DNA of 48,647 bases, filler included, from Bipalium vagum (GCA_037834085.1; 2 parts of 2 records of this genome joined end to end with filler, not necessarily neighbours in it); one strand, 5' to 3'. Positions 38,501 through 48,647 are shown, counted from the first letter of the whole stretch. The notes: generated by a model from the sequence alone, not told the origin. Translations and numbers: made by a program.

Positions 38501-41500
38501 TTTTCATATTCCCCATAACCTTGTAATATTTTCAAGGTACTTTAAGCATATTTTAAGCAGCTAAAGAAAACAAAGATATTTTATCAACCAGAATAACAAA
38601 ATAATTTAAGCAGATATGTAGTGATGTGCACATTAATTGGAACAGAAGAAATTTCACAAAAGATAATGGTTTATGTTTAATAATAAAAATTAGTAATATC
38701 ACTACATTTAGTAATGAATGTATCCACCGTGTGTTGCTATTAAAATTTTAACACGATTTGATCAAGTAGCTTAAAAACATGTTTCTTTGAGTTCATCGCC
38801 TTAATTCCAGTTATGACTTAATTCAGGTTATTTCCTGGCCACGAAAGCATATGTATAATGTTGTGTTCGAAGACAACTTTTTTCGCACAGTTGAAGAATC
38901 AAGCACCACACCGAATCTTCTTTACTTTATTTGAAAAGACATCGATCATCTCTGACAGTAGGATTTGATTTTCGGCTACATCGATCTTTCGTTTCAGTGA
39001 GACATATTCTTACACTTTGTATACAGGAAACAGAGCAGAAACTGTTGATTTACCAGTACAGACTGCATAAGCAATATATCTGATATTCTATTTCTATGTT
39101 GACATTGAGTGGTACTAAGTTAGTACGCTTTTCTTGTGTGATATCCATAATAACATCATTGTTATAGCAAGAATAGCAAGTTTTCCAAAAAACTACGTGA
39201 TTACGTCAAAAATGTAGAATTATTAAAACAAATGTTAGTAATTGATCAAAAAAGATATCTTTAAGAGAAACATTAAATTCAAGTAAATTTGATACGCTTA
39301 TCTTTACCTTTCTTTTTTATTTATGCGAAAGGTTGTCTGTCCCAATTAATTAGCACATAACTGTAATATGTTACTTTTCTTATGTTACTAAAGTGCAAAA
39401 CTCTAAAATACTAAAGTTGTAATGTACCATTTTAATACTTTTAAGTTAGAAACACACGAAAAATTAAAATTAATTAAATTTTGATGTGATTGAAATGTTT
39501 TAACAGTAAAATGAAAAATTAGACATTACCAAAAATGTTTTATCATAATTGGTTTAGAAAAGGTGGTACAATAAGTTTTTTAATTATATATTAATAACAT
39601 ATTTATATGTATTATTGAAAAGCGTCTATTTAAAAAATAAATTTATGATGTTCACAAGATTAAAATTATATTTATTAATATATTTTTTCGTGTTTAAGAG
39701 AGATATTTTAAGGAAATGAAGGAAAATAAAAACTTTCATAAAAATGATTATATTTATTTTAAATTTTTGTTTCAATACGCAAAATTGCAAATCAGCTTTG
39801 TAAAGGATTCTAAGAAAATTGGTCTTTCCCTATCATACATTAATTTATCTTGGTATAATATTTATTTGAATAAAACGAACGAAATTAATTAATTTAAGAA
39901 ATGGCTATGGATACCTTAATTTTATGCCGAAACAGTCTTAAAGAAAATCTGAATTACTGAAATATGATTAATCTAAGGTGATGATGTAATAATGAAAACA
40001 TAAGTAATTCGAGAATACGAATAAGGCCTTACCACTTCTCTTATAAGTTGTCAATCAAAGGACCTTGAATTAATCACTAATTCCAAATAACCCATATTAT
40101 AATATATATTAATTTTACTTGTATACTTTATGGCTTTTACTTAATGGAATAAGAAAAAATTCTTAGCTTTTTGAATAAGAATAAAAGGAAATGTTTTGGT
40201 CATTGTCATTTACTCTATGTTAAATTTAGAAATAAGAAAACTTATTACATTGATTTAGTAGAACGTATTTACAACTATAATCTAAGAGGAACAACAGAAA
40301 CAGATAATAATTTTTCTTAATCTACAAAGGCTGAATGTTGTTACCATTAACCTGTTATTCATTATTATTCCATAGAAAACTTTAATATCAGATTAATTTA
40401 GAGCCCTATAATTCCTTTTTAGTACACTTTTCTCAAAATTCTTAAATAGCCAATGTAGAACTGGTATAGGCTGATTTGCAAAAGTACCATCTAACATAAG
40501 GTGCATGAGGTTTATTGAAGGTTTTATCGATAAGAATACTTATCCACAAAAAGTACTCCAACATTATCTAAATTATATTAGTCATCATATAAACACTTAT
40601 TATTTGACCATTGATAACTAATATGGCTTCCTCTTTGTAAATACATTTCTGTAGTTCTTTTCATATACTTAAAATCATATTTTGAAAATTCTCTTGTGAT
40701 ATTAATTCTCATTGCTCTATTACTCTTTCGGCAATTTGTTCTGCTGCAGCTGCCATATGATTATAATTTTGTCTGACACGTCAACCAAAATCATACGAAA
40801 TATATTCGATATGTGACATATTAGAAGATCGTGCTGATCTTAAAAGAACTGGTACAAAAAACATACTTCACTATTTTTTCAGTATGCGCTTTGCATTATC
40901 ATGCTGCATCACAAGATTGTGTTTTACAGTACTTGGAATAATTTGTTGCTTGATAATTTCATTAAGATATCGTACATTAATTAATGAGCCATCAAAAGTA
41001 ACTAAATTAAAAAATTCTGTTGAAAATTACATAGATGATTATTTTTCTTTTAACGCGTATATATATATATATTTATTTATTTATGAAACACCCTGCATAA
41101 ATAAAGTTATATTAGTTAAAAGTATGAAGTGAAAAATCCTGAAAACAAACGAAAAATTAACATTATTCGATATTTGCTCCTAAATGAATTAGTTGATCAT
41201 ATATTAAATTAGTTGGTGATACAACGAATGATATATGTGAAGGAATGGCTTGGTGAAAATGACCTCAGAGACTGTAATAGAAGTGAACATTCATCAAATT
41301 TGGAAAGTGAATAATACCTTTAACGAATAGCTTAGAGCGCGCATATTTTGATTTAATTTGTTAGAATAAGTAGTCATTTATATAGTCCTTCACTGACTCA
41401 TGTAATAACGGAGATACTTCATAAGTGTCTGGTTTTAGTCATTAGAACTATCGTTTACTTAAATAATTAATTTACTAAAACGAAAATAAAAATAAAAAAT

Positions 41501-44500
41501 TATTATATATATTGATAAAATCACGAAAACCATTATTATTTAATAAAAAAATATTTCAGACGAGGTAGGCTGCAATATTCCTTCACAATGTAAATCGATC
41601 TGCGGTAAAGAAAAAGGATGTTCTGATATAGCATATCCAAAATTGGTTTTGGAAATCTTACCCATTGGTGCGAGAGGGTTAATGTTAGCGGTCATGCTAG
41701 CAAGTTTGGTCTCTAGCTTGACAAGTATATTCAATTCTGCCTCCACGATATTCACTTTTGATATCTGGCAAAGAATGAGAAGACATGCTTCTGATATTGA
41801 ATTGATGATTGTCGGACGGTAATATTTAATCTTATAAACTTCACTGAAATAACGATAACTCTACAGAAGAAATTCAATTCATTCTGTATTATTACATAAA
41901 TTTCTTTATTACTAAAGACATTAATATATATTTTTTATTTTATTAATTAAAATACCAGATTTTCTTGAATAAATACCACGAAGTTAATTAAAACGGATCA
42001 TTTGAATATGAACATTCATTTATGACAGTGGCCTTCAACCTGAACGATATCGCCCACTAGTGGGCATTTTGAAATATTTGGTGGGCGTTAGGAAGAATGA
42101 GATTGCTAATATTACCATTTCAGTGTGTATTCAGTGCAGTATCTAATCTTCTCACCAAGCAAAGATACAATCTGGATATTGCTAAGAGAGGTGATGTGAG
42201 ACTGCATCTCATTCACCTGAAACCAGATATTAAAGCCCTTGGCATCGAAACATCAAGCACAGGGGTCTCATTAACTATTTCAACTACTATACTAGTTGTA
42301 GATATTGCATTCTCTTTTGTCAATAAACATTATTTGGATTTTAATAAGTTTTCGAATGGGTGATAGATTTTTTTATAGATGGGAATGTAGCAAAAGTGGG
42401 CGTTAGGCTAAAAAGGTTGAATGCCACTGATTTATGATTTTTAAAAATGTTTATCTTAAAGTTCATACTGATTTACATCACAAACGCAACCTCGGTTTTT
42501 GACTCTAAGCCTGTATTTTATAAAAGGAAGGTTTTGTGAGCCTCTGTTAAACCTATTTATCCTTTAAAAAATTAATGCATTTTTACTTTAAGAGCAACTC
42601 TTTTTTTACATTCTTTTTTATCAAACAAAACACAAACATTGGTCATATTATTTCAGGAAATGCGTTGAATCAGATCTTTATAATTTACAAAGTTAGGAAT
42701 GTTTTACTTCCCATATATTTCCAGGGTTTTTAAAGAACTTATTGTAAAAAATCACATTGGCACAAATCTTTCAAAAAGATAGGAAAATGTAACTAGTCAA
42801 ATGAATAGATGAGTTAAAAATCTGCTCAATATAATTTCTCAATTTGAACCATATTGATTCCAAAAGAGATTTGAGTTTGATTGAGTGAAAGAGATAATGA
42901 AGAAAGCTTAAACGTCATAAAAGAAAGTTCGTGGTATAGATTTATTGTGACCTGTCTCCAATTGAAAATAACATTGTGAGACTTCTTGAATTTTTACACT
43001 GTTATTAGACCTAGACGAATATGATAACAATGTCACATATAGATAAAAGGCAGAGTTATTATCAATTTAGATGATCTATTTTTTGTGTATTAATCCCTTA
43101 TTAATCAATTGAAATAATTAAGCACTATTAAAGATTTCAAAAGACTGATGCCTGGCGATTAAGTAATTCAGAAAAGTTTGTCCTTCTGATATCATAAAAA
43201 TTAAAGAATTAAAAGTCCTATGTAAACTGCACTTTGACTATGGATTGTTAAACAGGATGTTAATATCTCTGATACGTATGGGAATGATTGAGATAAATAT
43301 CGAGGATCTTTACCTCAAATAAAAAAGGCAATATGAATATTCTTGTTATGACTGATTTTACTAAATATATAATGTTTGCAAAATTCAAAAATATTTTTTA
43401 AAAAAACTTTCCACATCTTTAAAAATATTTCAAGAATCTTTAGGAAATTTTTTTGATAATTGCAAATTTTTCTAAATATTAATTAAAACATTAACCATGC
43501 ACTGACTTCTACTTTTTCCATTTTGTGAATTAATTTGTGGTTACAATTTTTGATTCACTAATTTTTCTGTGCTCTTCATTATCAAAATTCTCATTACAAA
43601 ATTCATTTTCTTTTGCATATTTTCTTCTTGTTTTCCTTTTCAACCAATATGGTAATCCATATTCTAATCTAATTATTCTACTTTTATGGGAAGTTTGCTA
43701 ATTAGAGTTTTGAAGTGTCGTTGTGTCTTTGCTTTGTACTGATTACCGCATCCATTACATTGAAATTTATACACAATATTAGCCTGTATTGCTTTTAAAT
43801 CAGTGTTTTGATTTTTAAAAATCTTCGTCTTCGCATTATTAGGGTTAACTCTAAAGCATTTTTCTTTTATGATCTGCAAATCGGATCGTCTGCGTTTAAA
43901 ATTTTTTAATTTTAATAATATTCTGGAATAGATACATTAGTTAATATGTTTATAAAAAGATTAAAATGTTTAATCCAGAAATAACTGATTTTTTATTATG
44001 ATCAACATGTGACTTAACTTAAAATACATATTTAATTCTTTAGAATTTTTGTACTGATTATGGTTGGAGTTGGCATTGTATGGATCCCAATTGTTAAAGC
44101 CAATAATGAATTGTCTCACTATATTCAGTCAGTAACAAGTTACTTAGCTCCTCCAATTTGTGCAGTCTATCTTTCTGCTCTTTTCTGGAAACGGTGTAAT
44201 GAGAAGGTTCATTAAAATTTCTTAAAATATTCATTGTGTTCGTTAGGGAGCTTTTGTAGGCCTATTGTGTGGCTTATTGATTGGACTTTCCAGATTTTTT
44301 GCTGAGGCTGCTCATCCTCGTAAACCATGTGGAGAAATTAACATCATTCCACCAGTTTTGGGAAGGGTTCATTATTTACATTTTGGTATAATGCTTTTTG
44401 GTATCACACTGATTGTCACCGTGTTTGTTAGTATAATTACGAAGCCAATGGATAAAAAATATGTAGAATTCCTAATTATATTTCAACAATATAATATCAA

Positions 44501-44967
44501 ATATTCTAGACAGATGGCTTATTATTTTGGAATTGCAGAGTAAAATATTCAAGTGAAACCCATACATGTACCGGACAGGATAATTTTTGTTACGGTAATA
44601 TGTAATATTTAAAATATATAAATAATAAAAAAATAAATTATGAAAAATTCTGAAAAGGAAGATGAGAAAGAAATGTGATCGAATAATAATTTCAGATTCC
44701 CACGAAGCTGCAGAAATAACAACGGGTAAAACAACCAAAGATGAAGAGAAAATATTAAAATGGTATAAAAAAGTTTTGTATTGGATATGCGGTATTGAGG
44801 AATTAAGAAAAGCGAAACCTGAACCAAAGTTAACTGAAGAAGAGTTAAATAAAATGAAAGAATTGCAAAACAGTATTGATGAAAAAAGAAAGTGGAAGAT
44901 TTTAGTCGACATCACTTGTATAATATTAATAAGCATAACGATATTTTACTGGGGATTTTATTCTTGA
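29466..44967 (+). CDS. SLC5 (sodium:solute symporter) family SGLT/SMIT-type Na+/glucose or myo-inositol cotransporter, 14 exons, 661 aa
   Basis: join(29466..29549,29597..29665,29708..29812,32132..32191,35572..35676,35759..35864,35919..35999,37467..37711,38315..38450,41560..41818,44044..44206,44247..44462,44510..44594,44696..44967) = 1986 nt. All introns are GT-AG and phases are consistent. Motifs: [86 protein letters not shown]. Confidence 0.96.
29597..29665 (+). CDS. SLC5 exon 2
   Basis: aag|[23 protein letters not shown]|gtaaat. Confidence 0.93.
29708..29812 (+). CDS. SLC5 exon 3
   Basis: cag|[35 protein letters not shown]|gtacgt. Confidence 0.95.
30500..31200 (-). mobile_element. mariner transposase remnant in SLC5 intron 3
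   Basis: [27 protein letters not shown] matches the mariner HTH/GRP motif; downstream CDET and KKCLIGK traces. Confidence 0.75.
32132..32191 (+). CDS. SLC5 exon 4
   Basis: tag|[20 protein letters not shown]|gtaagt. Confidence 0.93.
32446..32566. mobile_element. small TA-flanked MITE (~120 bp)
   Basis: tatagtggggtctataaaaaatgtc ... gacattttttatggatccagctata imperfect inverted ends. Confidence 0.6.
33145..33955 (+). mobile_element. internally deleted IS630/Tc1-like DNA transposon with TIRs
   Basis: About 36-bp near-perfect TIRs (TTTTCAAATGGTAAAATAATTTTTTCAAAT), TA flanks, HTH-like ORF 33296..33478 ([24 protein letters not shown]), and [11 protein letters not shown] at ~33720. Confidence 0.85.
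35100..35470 (-). mobile_element. Tc1/Tc3-like transposase remnant
   Basis: [16 protein letters not shown]../SPDLNIIET on the reverse strand. Confidence 0.7.
35572..35676 (+). CDS. SLC5 exon 5
   Basis: tag|[35 protein letters not shown]|gttaga. Confidence 0.95.
35759..35864 (+). CDS. SLC5 exon 6
   Basis: tag|[35 protein letters not shown]+G|gtaact. Confidence 0.94.
35919..35999 (+). CDS. SLC5 exon 7
   Basis: aag|(G)[26 protein letters not shown]+A|gtaata. Confidence 0.94.
36190..36860 (-). mobile_element. pogo-family transposon remnant
   Basis: Reverse strand [18 protein letters not shown]...LVRNW (Brinker-like DBD) and [10 protein letters not shown] (CENP-B HTH-like); TA|CAGTGTTTCTCC..TAAGACAC terminus. 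Confidence 0.65.
37467..37711 (+). CDS. SLC5 exon 8
   Basis: tag|(S)[14 protein letters not shown]...[14 protein letters not shown]...[22 protein letters not shown]|gtttga. Confidence 0.95.
37785..37995. mobile_element. mariner-like MITE in SLC5 intron 8
   Basis: TA|TTAGGTTG... and AAAAATCGCAATTATTTTCTAAACACCTAA|TA resemble mariner TIRs. Confidence 0.45.
38315..38450 (+). CDS. SLC5 exon 9
   Basis: cag|[45 protein letters not shown]+G|gtatta. Confidence 0.95.
38619..39363 (-). mobile_element. Tc1-like deletion derivative
   Basis: Inverted ends AGTGATGTGCACATTAATTGGAACAG / CTGTCCCAATTAATTAGCACATAACTG|TA; internal KSTVS and PTVRDDR traces. Confidence 0.7.
41560..41818 (+). CDS. SLC5 exon 10
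   Basis: cag|(D)[29 protein letters not shown]...[23 protein letters not shown]...ELMIVG+CG|gtaata. Confidence 0.95.
42026..42429 (+). mobile_element. non-autonomous hAT (Buster/Charlie-type) element, 404 bp
   Basis: TIRs CAGTGGCCTTCAACCT / AGGTTGAATGCCACTG; perfect 8-bp TSD ATTTATGA (42018..42025, 42430..42437); internal transposase C-terminus [27 protein letters not shown]. Confidence 0.92.
42640..43420 (+). mobile_element. Penelope-like RT N-terminal remnant
   Basis: [11 protein letters not shown] (like ADKGxxVVIxD), then YG.. and Y..AKF traces. Confidence 0.45.
43500..43880 (-). mobile_element. Penelope-like GIY-YIG endonuclease remnant
   Basis: [29 protein letters not shown] resembles PLE 'VVYKIxCxxCxxxYIGQTxRxLxxRIxEH'. 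Confidence 0.75.
44044..44206 (+). CDS. SLC5 exon 11
   Basis: tag|(R)[54 protein letters not shown]|gttcat. Confidence 0.94.
44247..44462 (+). CDS. SLC5 exon 12
   Basis: tag|[30 protein letters not shown]...[11 protein letters not shown]...TKPMDKKY|gtagaa. Confidence 0.92.
44510..44594 (+). CDS. SLC5 exon 13
   Basis: tag|[28 protein letters not shown]+G|gtaata; lies in a variable loop, so boundaries are less certain. Confidence 0.75.
44696..44967 (+). CDS. SLC5 exon 14 (terminal)
   Basis: cag|(D)SHEAAE...YWICGIEE...[31 protein letters not shown]; typical SGLT C-terminal TM segment. Confidence 0.88.
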
Positions 44968-46354
44968 TGATTTTGTGTCTCCATGTATTTTATAATTAGT
45001 TACACATACCAATTTCTTAATAACCTTTTTCTTTATCAGTATTTTTATTTTGTTTAATTAAATATTTCTTAATAAATAATTTCTTTTTCCCTTAATTATC
45101 TTTATTGATTTTGTAAGTCTTTTCGGAAATAAATAACGTATTTTGTAGTAGTTTTGATTACATTATACATGGCTGTTAAGGTTATTTATTTTTTATAATT
45201 ATCATTATTATTATTAATAAATTACTCTTTAAATATTTAAAATATATAAAATATGTATATGGGGGTATCTTTATAAGTTTAATCTTCGTTACGGAATTAC
45301 AAATTTATCAAATAGAAAACTTCTAATCAGTTTAGACAAGGATTTTCTGATCCGGCCATATTAAAATATTTTTATTTTTAACTTGTTTACACATAAAAAT
45401 TTAATATATGTTGGGTTCTAGAATTAATAATAATAATTAATAATGATAAAATTAATAAGGAAAAAAATGAGAATTAATAATAATAATAATAATAAATTTT
45501 TTAAAAAAATTATATTTTGTTCCAAAAGCCATATATCAAAATCTCGCCGTGAAGATTATGATATATTAGACTTGTTAAGTCTCTTAAATTTGGAGCTAAC
45601 ACTAAGAGCTTATCGGGTAGAAAGTTGACTTTTATGCATGTTCGTAAATATTATTTTTAATCGACTGAGAAAACTAATTACTTTTCAAAACTTTATTGAC
45701 ACTAAAAATTTGGTTTTTACAAGTTAAGAGTGATTGCTGTTTAAACTATCCTGTACAAGAAATCTTTTCCCGGTCTTACGCTTAATTAAAGGATAGAAAT
45801 CTTTTCGCACTGATAAAAATATCAGTGTCTCAAAAGCCATCAAAGAAAGGTAATTCACCACCCTAATTAGTGTGTGAACTACGAAAAATAAAAGATCTGC
45901 GAGACAGAAGTGAAGAAGTAAACAAAAACAATTATTTGATTTTAGGGCTGAACCCTAACACTTATTTATAAGAATAATAATTACTACAGTTGTGTAATTT
46001 TATTAAAAATAACCAACTGGAAGATTTAAGTTTGAAATATTATTTATTTATTATTTTATTAACTGTGTAATTCGTTAGAATTACGAATTAGAATTATCAA
46101 TGTTAAATTTATTTATTATTATAATAATTGTATAATTCGTTATAATTATCAATTTAATAAAAATAATTAATTAAAATATAAATTTGGATAATATAATAGC
46201 GTTAACAAAATACTTACTAATGGGCATAAAAAATAAATCCTAATTCTGAATGGGAATTTGTTGTCCTTGCTTTTATATTTATAACCGATAATGTTCAGGA
46301 CGTGATTGCCTCGTGATATCTGGGTGATCGTAATTGATGTCCTTAATACTTTCT

Positions 46355-46505
46355 GTGAGTGTCTGTCTCTGTCTCTGTCTGTTTCTGAGTTACTGTGTCA
46401 GTGTCCGTGTCTGTATCTGTCTTATTAACTCGTTTTCTCTCGGCCTGTATCTGTCTATCTCTGACTCTATCTTTGTCTCTGACTTTGGCTGTGACTGAGT
46501 CTGTG
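46355..46505. repeat. degenerate (TGTCTC)n-like hexamer repeat
   Basis: gtctgtctctgtctctgtct...ctgtatctgtctatctctgactct; explains ORF 46395..46598. Confidence 0.7.
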
Positions 46506-46899
46506 TTTTTTTATCATAAATTGTCCATTGAATTGGATTTATATATTAAATTTTGTATATGTAATTTATATTTAGTAACATTTTGTTACTGTTTTTAAAT
46601 TTTGTTTTTAATTTATAATTATTTATAATTTTTTAATAACTATTTTTTATTTAAATTCTATTATTAGTAAGTTTTCCTTAATAATTTAATTTTTTCTAAA
46701 TTTTTATATTTTTTGTGTGACTTATTAAAATATGAGTAATAATAATAATAATAAATAAATTAATTATTTGATTTATATTTTAATTTTTTTATTTCTTTTT
46801 AATAAATTTGTTTCGGGAAAGAATTTTTTTCTAATAGTCGTGTGAACTGCAGGTTTCAATCGAACTCTATCTCCATGTGGAGATACTGTTTGATTAATG

Positions 46900-48350
46900 T
46901 CTAATAAAGAAAATAGCCTCCTCTAAGCGTAGGGATTGGTGATCGTAGACCAATCTCTACGACTATGTAAAGAGACTGTTATTCTCAGAAAGCAGCCCAG
47001 AAAATTATTAAAGTAAATTTAATATGTTTTATATTCGTTGGAAGTGAAAAAGATTCAAGACTTTTTACGATTGAGAGGATTCATTGCCAAGAAGATGTTA
47101 TTCAATATTGTCAGGAAGAGGATTAATGACTAGAAGACGTTAAATTTCTTCGAAGATTTTTGTCATGAAGGGGATTATTAGACAGATTCAAATTTCAGTA
47201 AAGACTTTTAGTTCAATGAATCTGAAGCAGGATTATACAAGTGAAACCAGTGAGTTTGTGAATCTCTAGGCGACCTGAAAAGGGTCTAGTAGACGACCCG
47301 GGGACCTCTTGTCGCTTCTGGTGAGAGTATCTTCAATTTTGTTTTATTTTCTATATTTTTATGATTAACAAAACTTCATTTTACTCATCTTGAATTTGTG
47401 ATTTTGGGTTATTTGCTTGTTTTTCTTTGATTTTCAGATAACTAAGCGTTTTGATTTTGAGACAATTTCGGTTATTGATTTTAGACCTTAAACGATCTTG
47501 ATTACGATTTTATGACAAGTGTAGCGATGTTTTTGCGTTATTAAATATATTTTTGCCGTGACTGAATTAATTCAATTAGGGTGCGGATAAAGTATTATTG
47601 TGGGAGTTTTGATTCAAATCGAGTTTAACTTAGTGCAGCAACAATAGAGTTACGAAAGCAACATATTAAAGTGAGGAGTTTCAAAACCTTTTCCGAATGT
47701 AATATTTCTTTATTAAAATCTATTATTTTTATTAAAATATTATTATTATTTATTATTTTCGAAATATTACTTTTATTTAAAAGATGTTCAACATTCCAAG
47801 ACGCAAGATCTTGGGTGGTTTCTTTTTAAAATTTCTGCAGTCAATTGTTATTCTTCAACTGATCGGGCTGGCTTGGCATGAACTGACAGTTACTCATTCA
47901 CTGCAGTTATTGAAGATTAACATAACAAATAAACAATCGTATACACCATACGTCTAGCTCGGCAAATATTACGTTAATCAATCTTTAATCAAATTTCGCC
48001 TGATAAATCATATATCAATAATAGTAACAGTGTAATTATATAAAAATTTTAAGCTACATTAACAAAATAGCTATTTTAAAATCAAGAATAATACTCAAAA
48101 CAAAAAATAAATAAAAGACTTGAATAGAATTGACTTCCGCAACAACCAAGAGCTCTTTTTCGGGTCATTCGTGGTTGATCAAACCTTAGAGAACTCGGTC
48201 GTATAAAACCTTATCATTAATAGTTCAATAAAAAATTTCATTTTTTTTTACAATTTAATAATTATTTTATTTTCTATAAGAATTCAATCAATTTTTAAAA
48301 ATAATTCAGTGAAAATTCTCTCTAAGTTTATGACATCTCTGAGCTCATTT
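46900..48350 (+). repeat. unclassified dispersed repeat, copy B
   Basis: Collinear similarity to the reverse complement of ~25450..26620 in several blocks (46950, 47040-47160, 47245-47340, 47550-47690, 48085-48170). Confidence 0.8.
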
Positions 48351-48647
48351 GTTGTCAGAACTTCCAAAGTTGAAAGCTTATATTATTAGTCCTTTACAAC
48401 AGTGCTACGCAACCTTTTCACACCCACGACACACAAAAATTCTTCCTAGAATTCCGCGGCATACCAAAAGTTAAAAGATATATGTATGAAATTGATACGA
48501 AAATTTTACAATAAATTTTGTTTTTTTATTAGAAAAATATACGCAAAACTATAATATATTTATTTTACAAAATTTTAATAATTAATGTGACACCTGCGCT
48601 TGTTTCAATGAACACAAAAGTTTTATATTCGGCTCGATATTTGACAG

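Noticed and set aside
40300-41132. ORF 40884..41132 and TIR-like end GAAACACCCTG
   Set aside because: Probably another Tc1/mariner relic, but no partner TIR or clear catalytic motif was found.
44472-44936. 154-aa antisense ORF over the SLC5 3' exons
   Set aside because: Composition (Phe/Ser/Ile/Leu-rich) mirrors the Lys/Glu-rich sense strand; no independent evidence.
692-44967. Functional linkage between the Bcl-2 and SLC5 genes as a 'system'
   Set aside because: Eukaryotic neighbours ~7.8 kb apart, separated by an artificial scaffold spacer; no evidence of co-regulation.
46200-46598. RD/TD/TE dipeptide-like reading on the minus strand with a nearby gtaagt
   Set aside because: All three minus frames hit stops; explained by a degenerate hexamer repeat.

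Overview
Very AT-rich eukaryotic (metazoan) genomic DNA with spliceosomal GT-AG introns and the standard genetic code; not prokaryotic. Two + strand intron-containing genes can be reconstructed by hand. (1) A Bcl-2-family apoptosis regulator, join(692..1555,21561..21707), about 336 aa. It has a long acidic N-terminal extension, a canonical BH1 (NWGR), a degenerate BH3, and a ~20 kb phase-0 intron splitting BH2 (DGW|EGLVEF) at the position known from vertebrate BCL2/BCL2L1. (2) A complete 14-exon SLC5/SGLT-type Na+/sugar or myo-inositol cotransporter, 29466..44967, 661 aa. The remainder is mostly decayed transposable elements: many Tc1/mariner/IS630-like and pogo remnants and MITEs, one clean hAT element with an 8-bp TSD, Penelope-like RT and GIY-YIG fragments, and a tRNA-Ala-derived pseudogene or SINE. 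There is also an unclassified ~1.2-1.4 kb repeat with conserved hairpins, present as two inverted copies around the SLC5 gene, plus simple repeats. Two assembly gaps are present; one (28195..28294) holds an artificial six-frame-stop linker. I see no clearly new multi-gene system. The best leads are the unusual Bcl-2 protein (candidate DDG degron, BH3 lacking GD, possible beta-type read-through isoform), the gate substitution in the SGLT, the structured inverted repeat, and a degenerate hammerhead-like motif downstream of the Bcl-2 stop.
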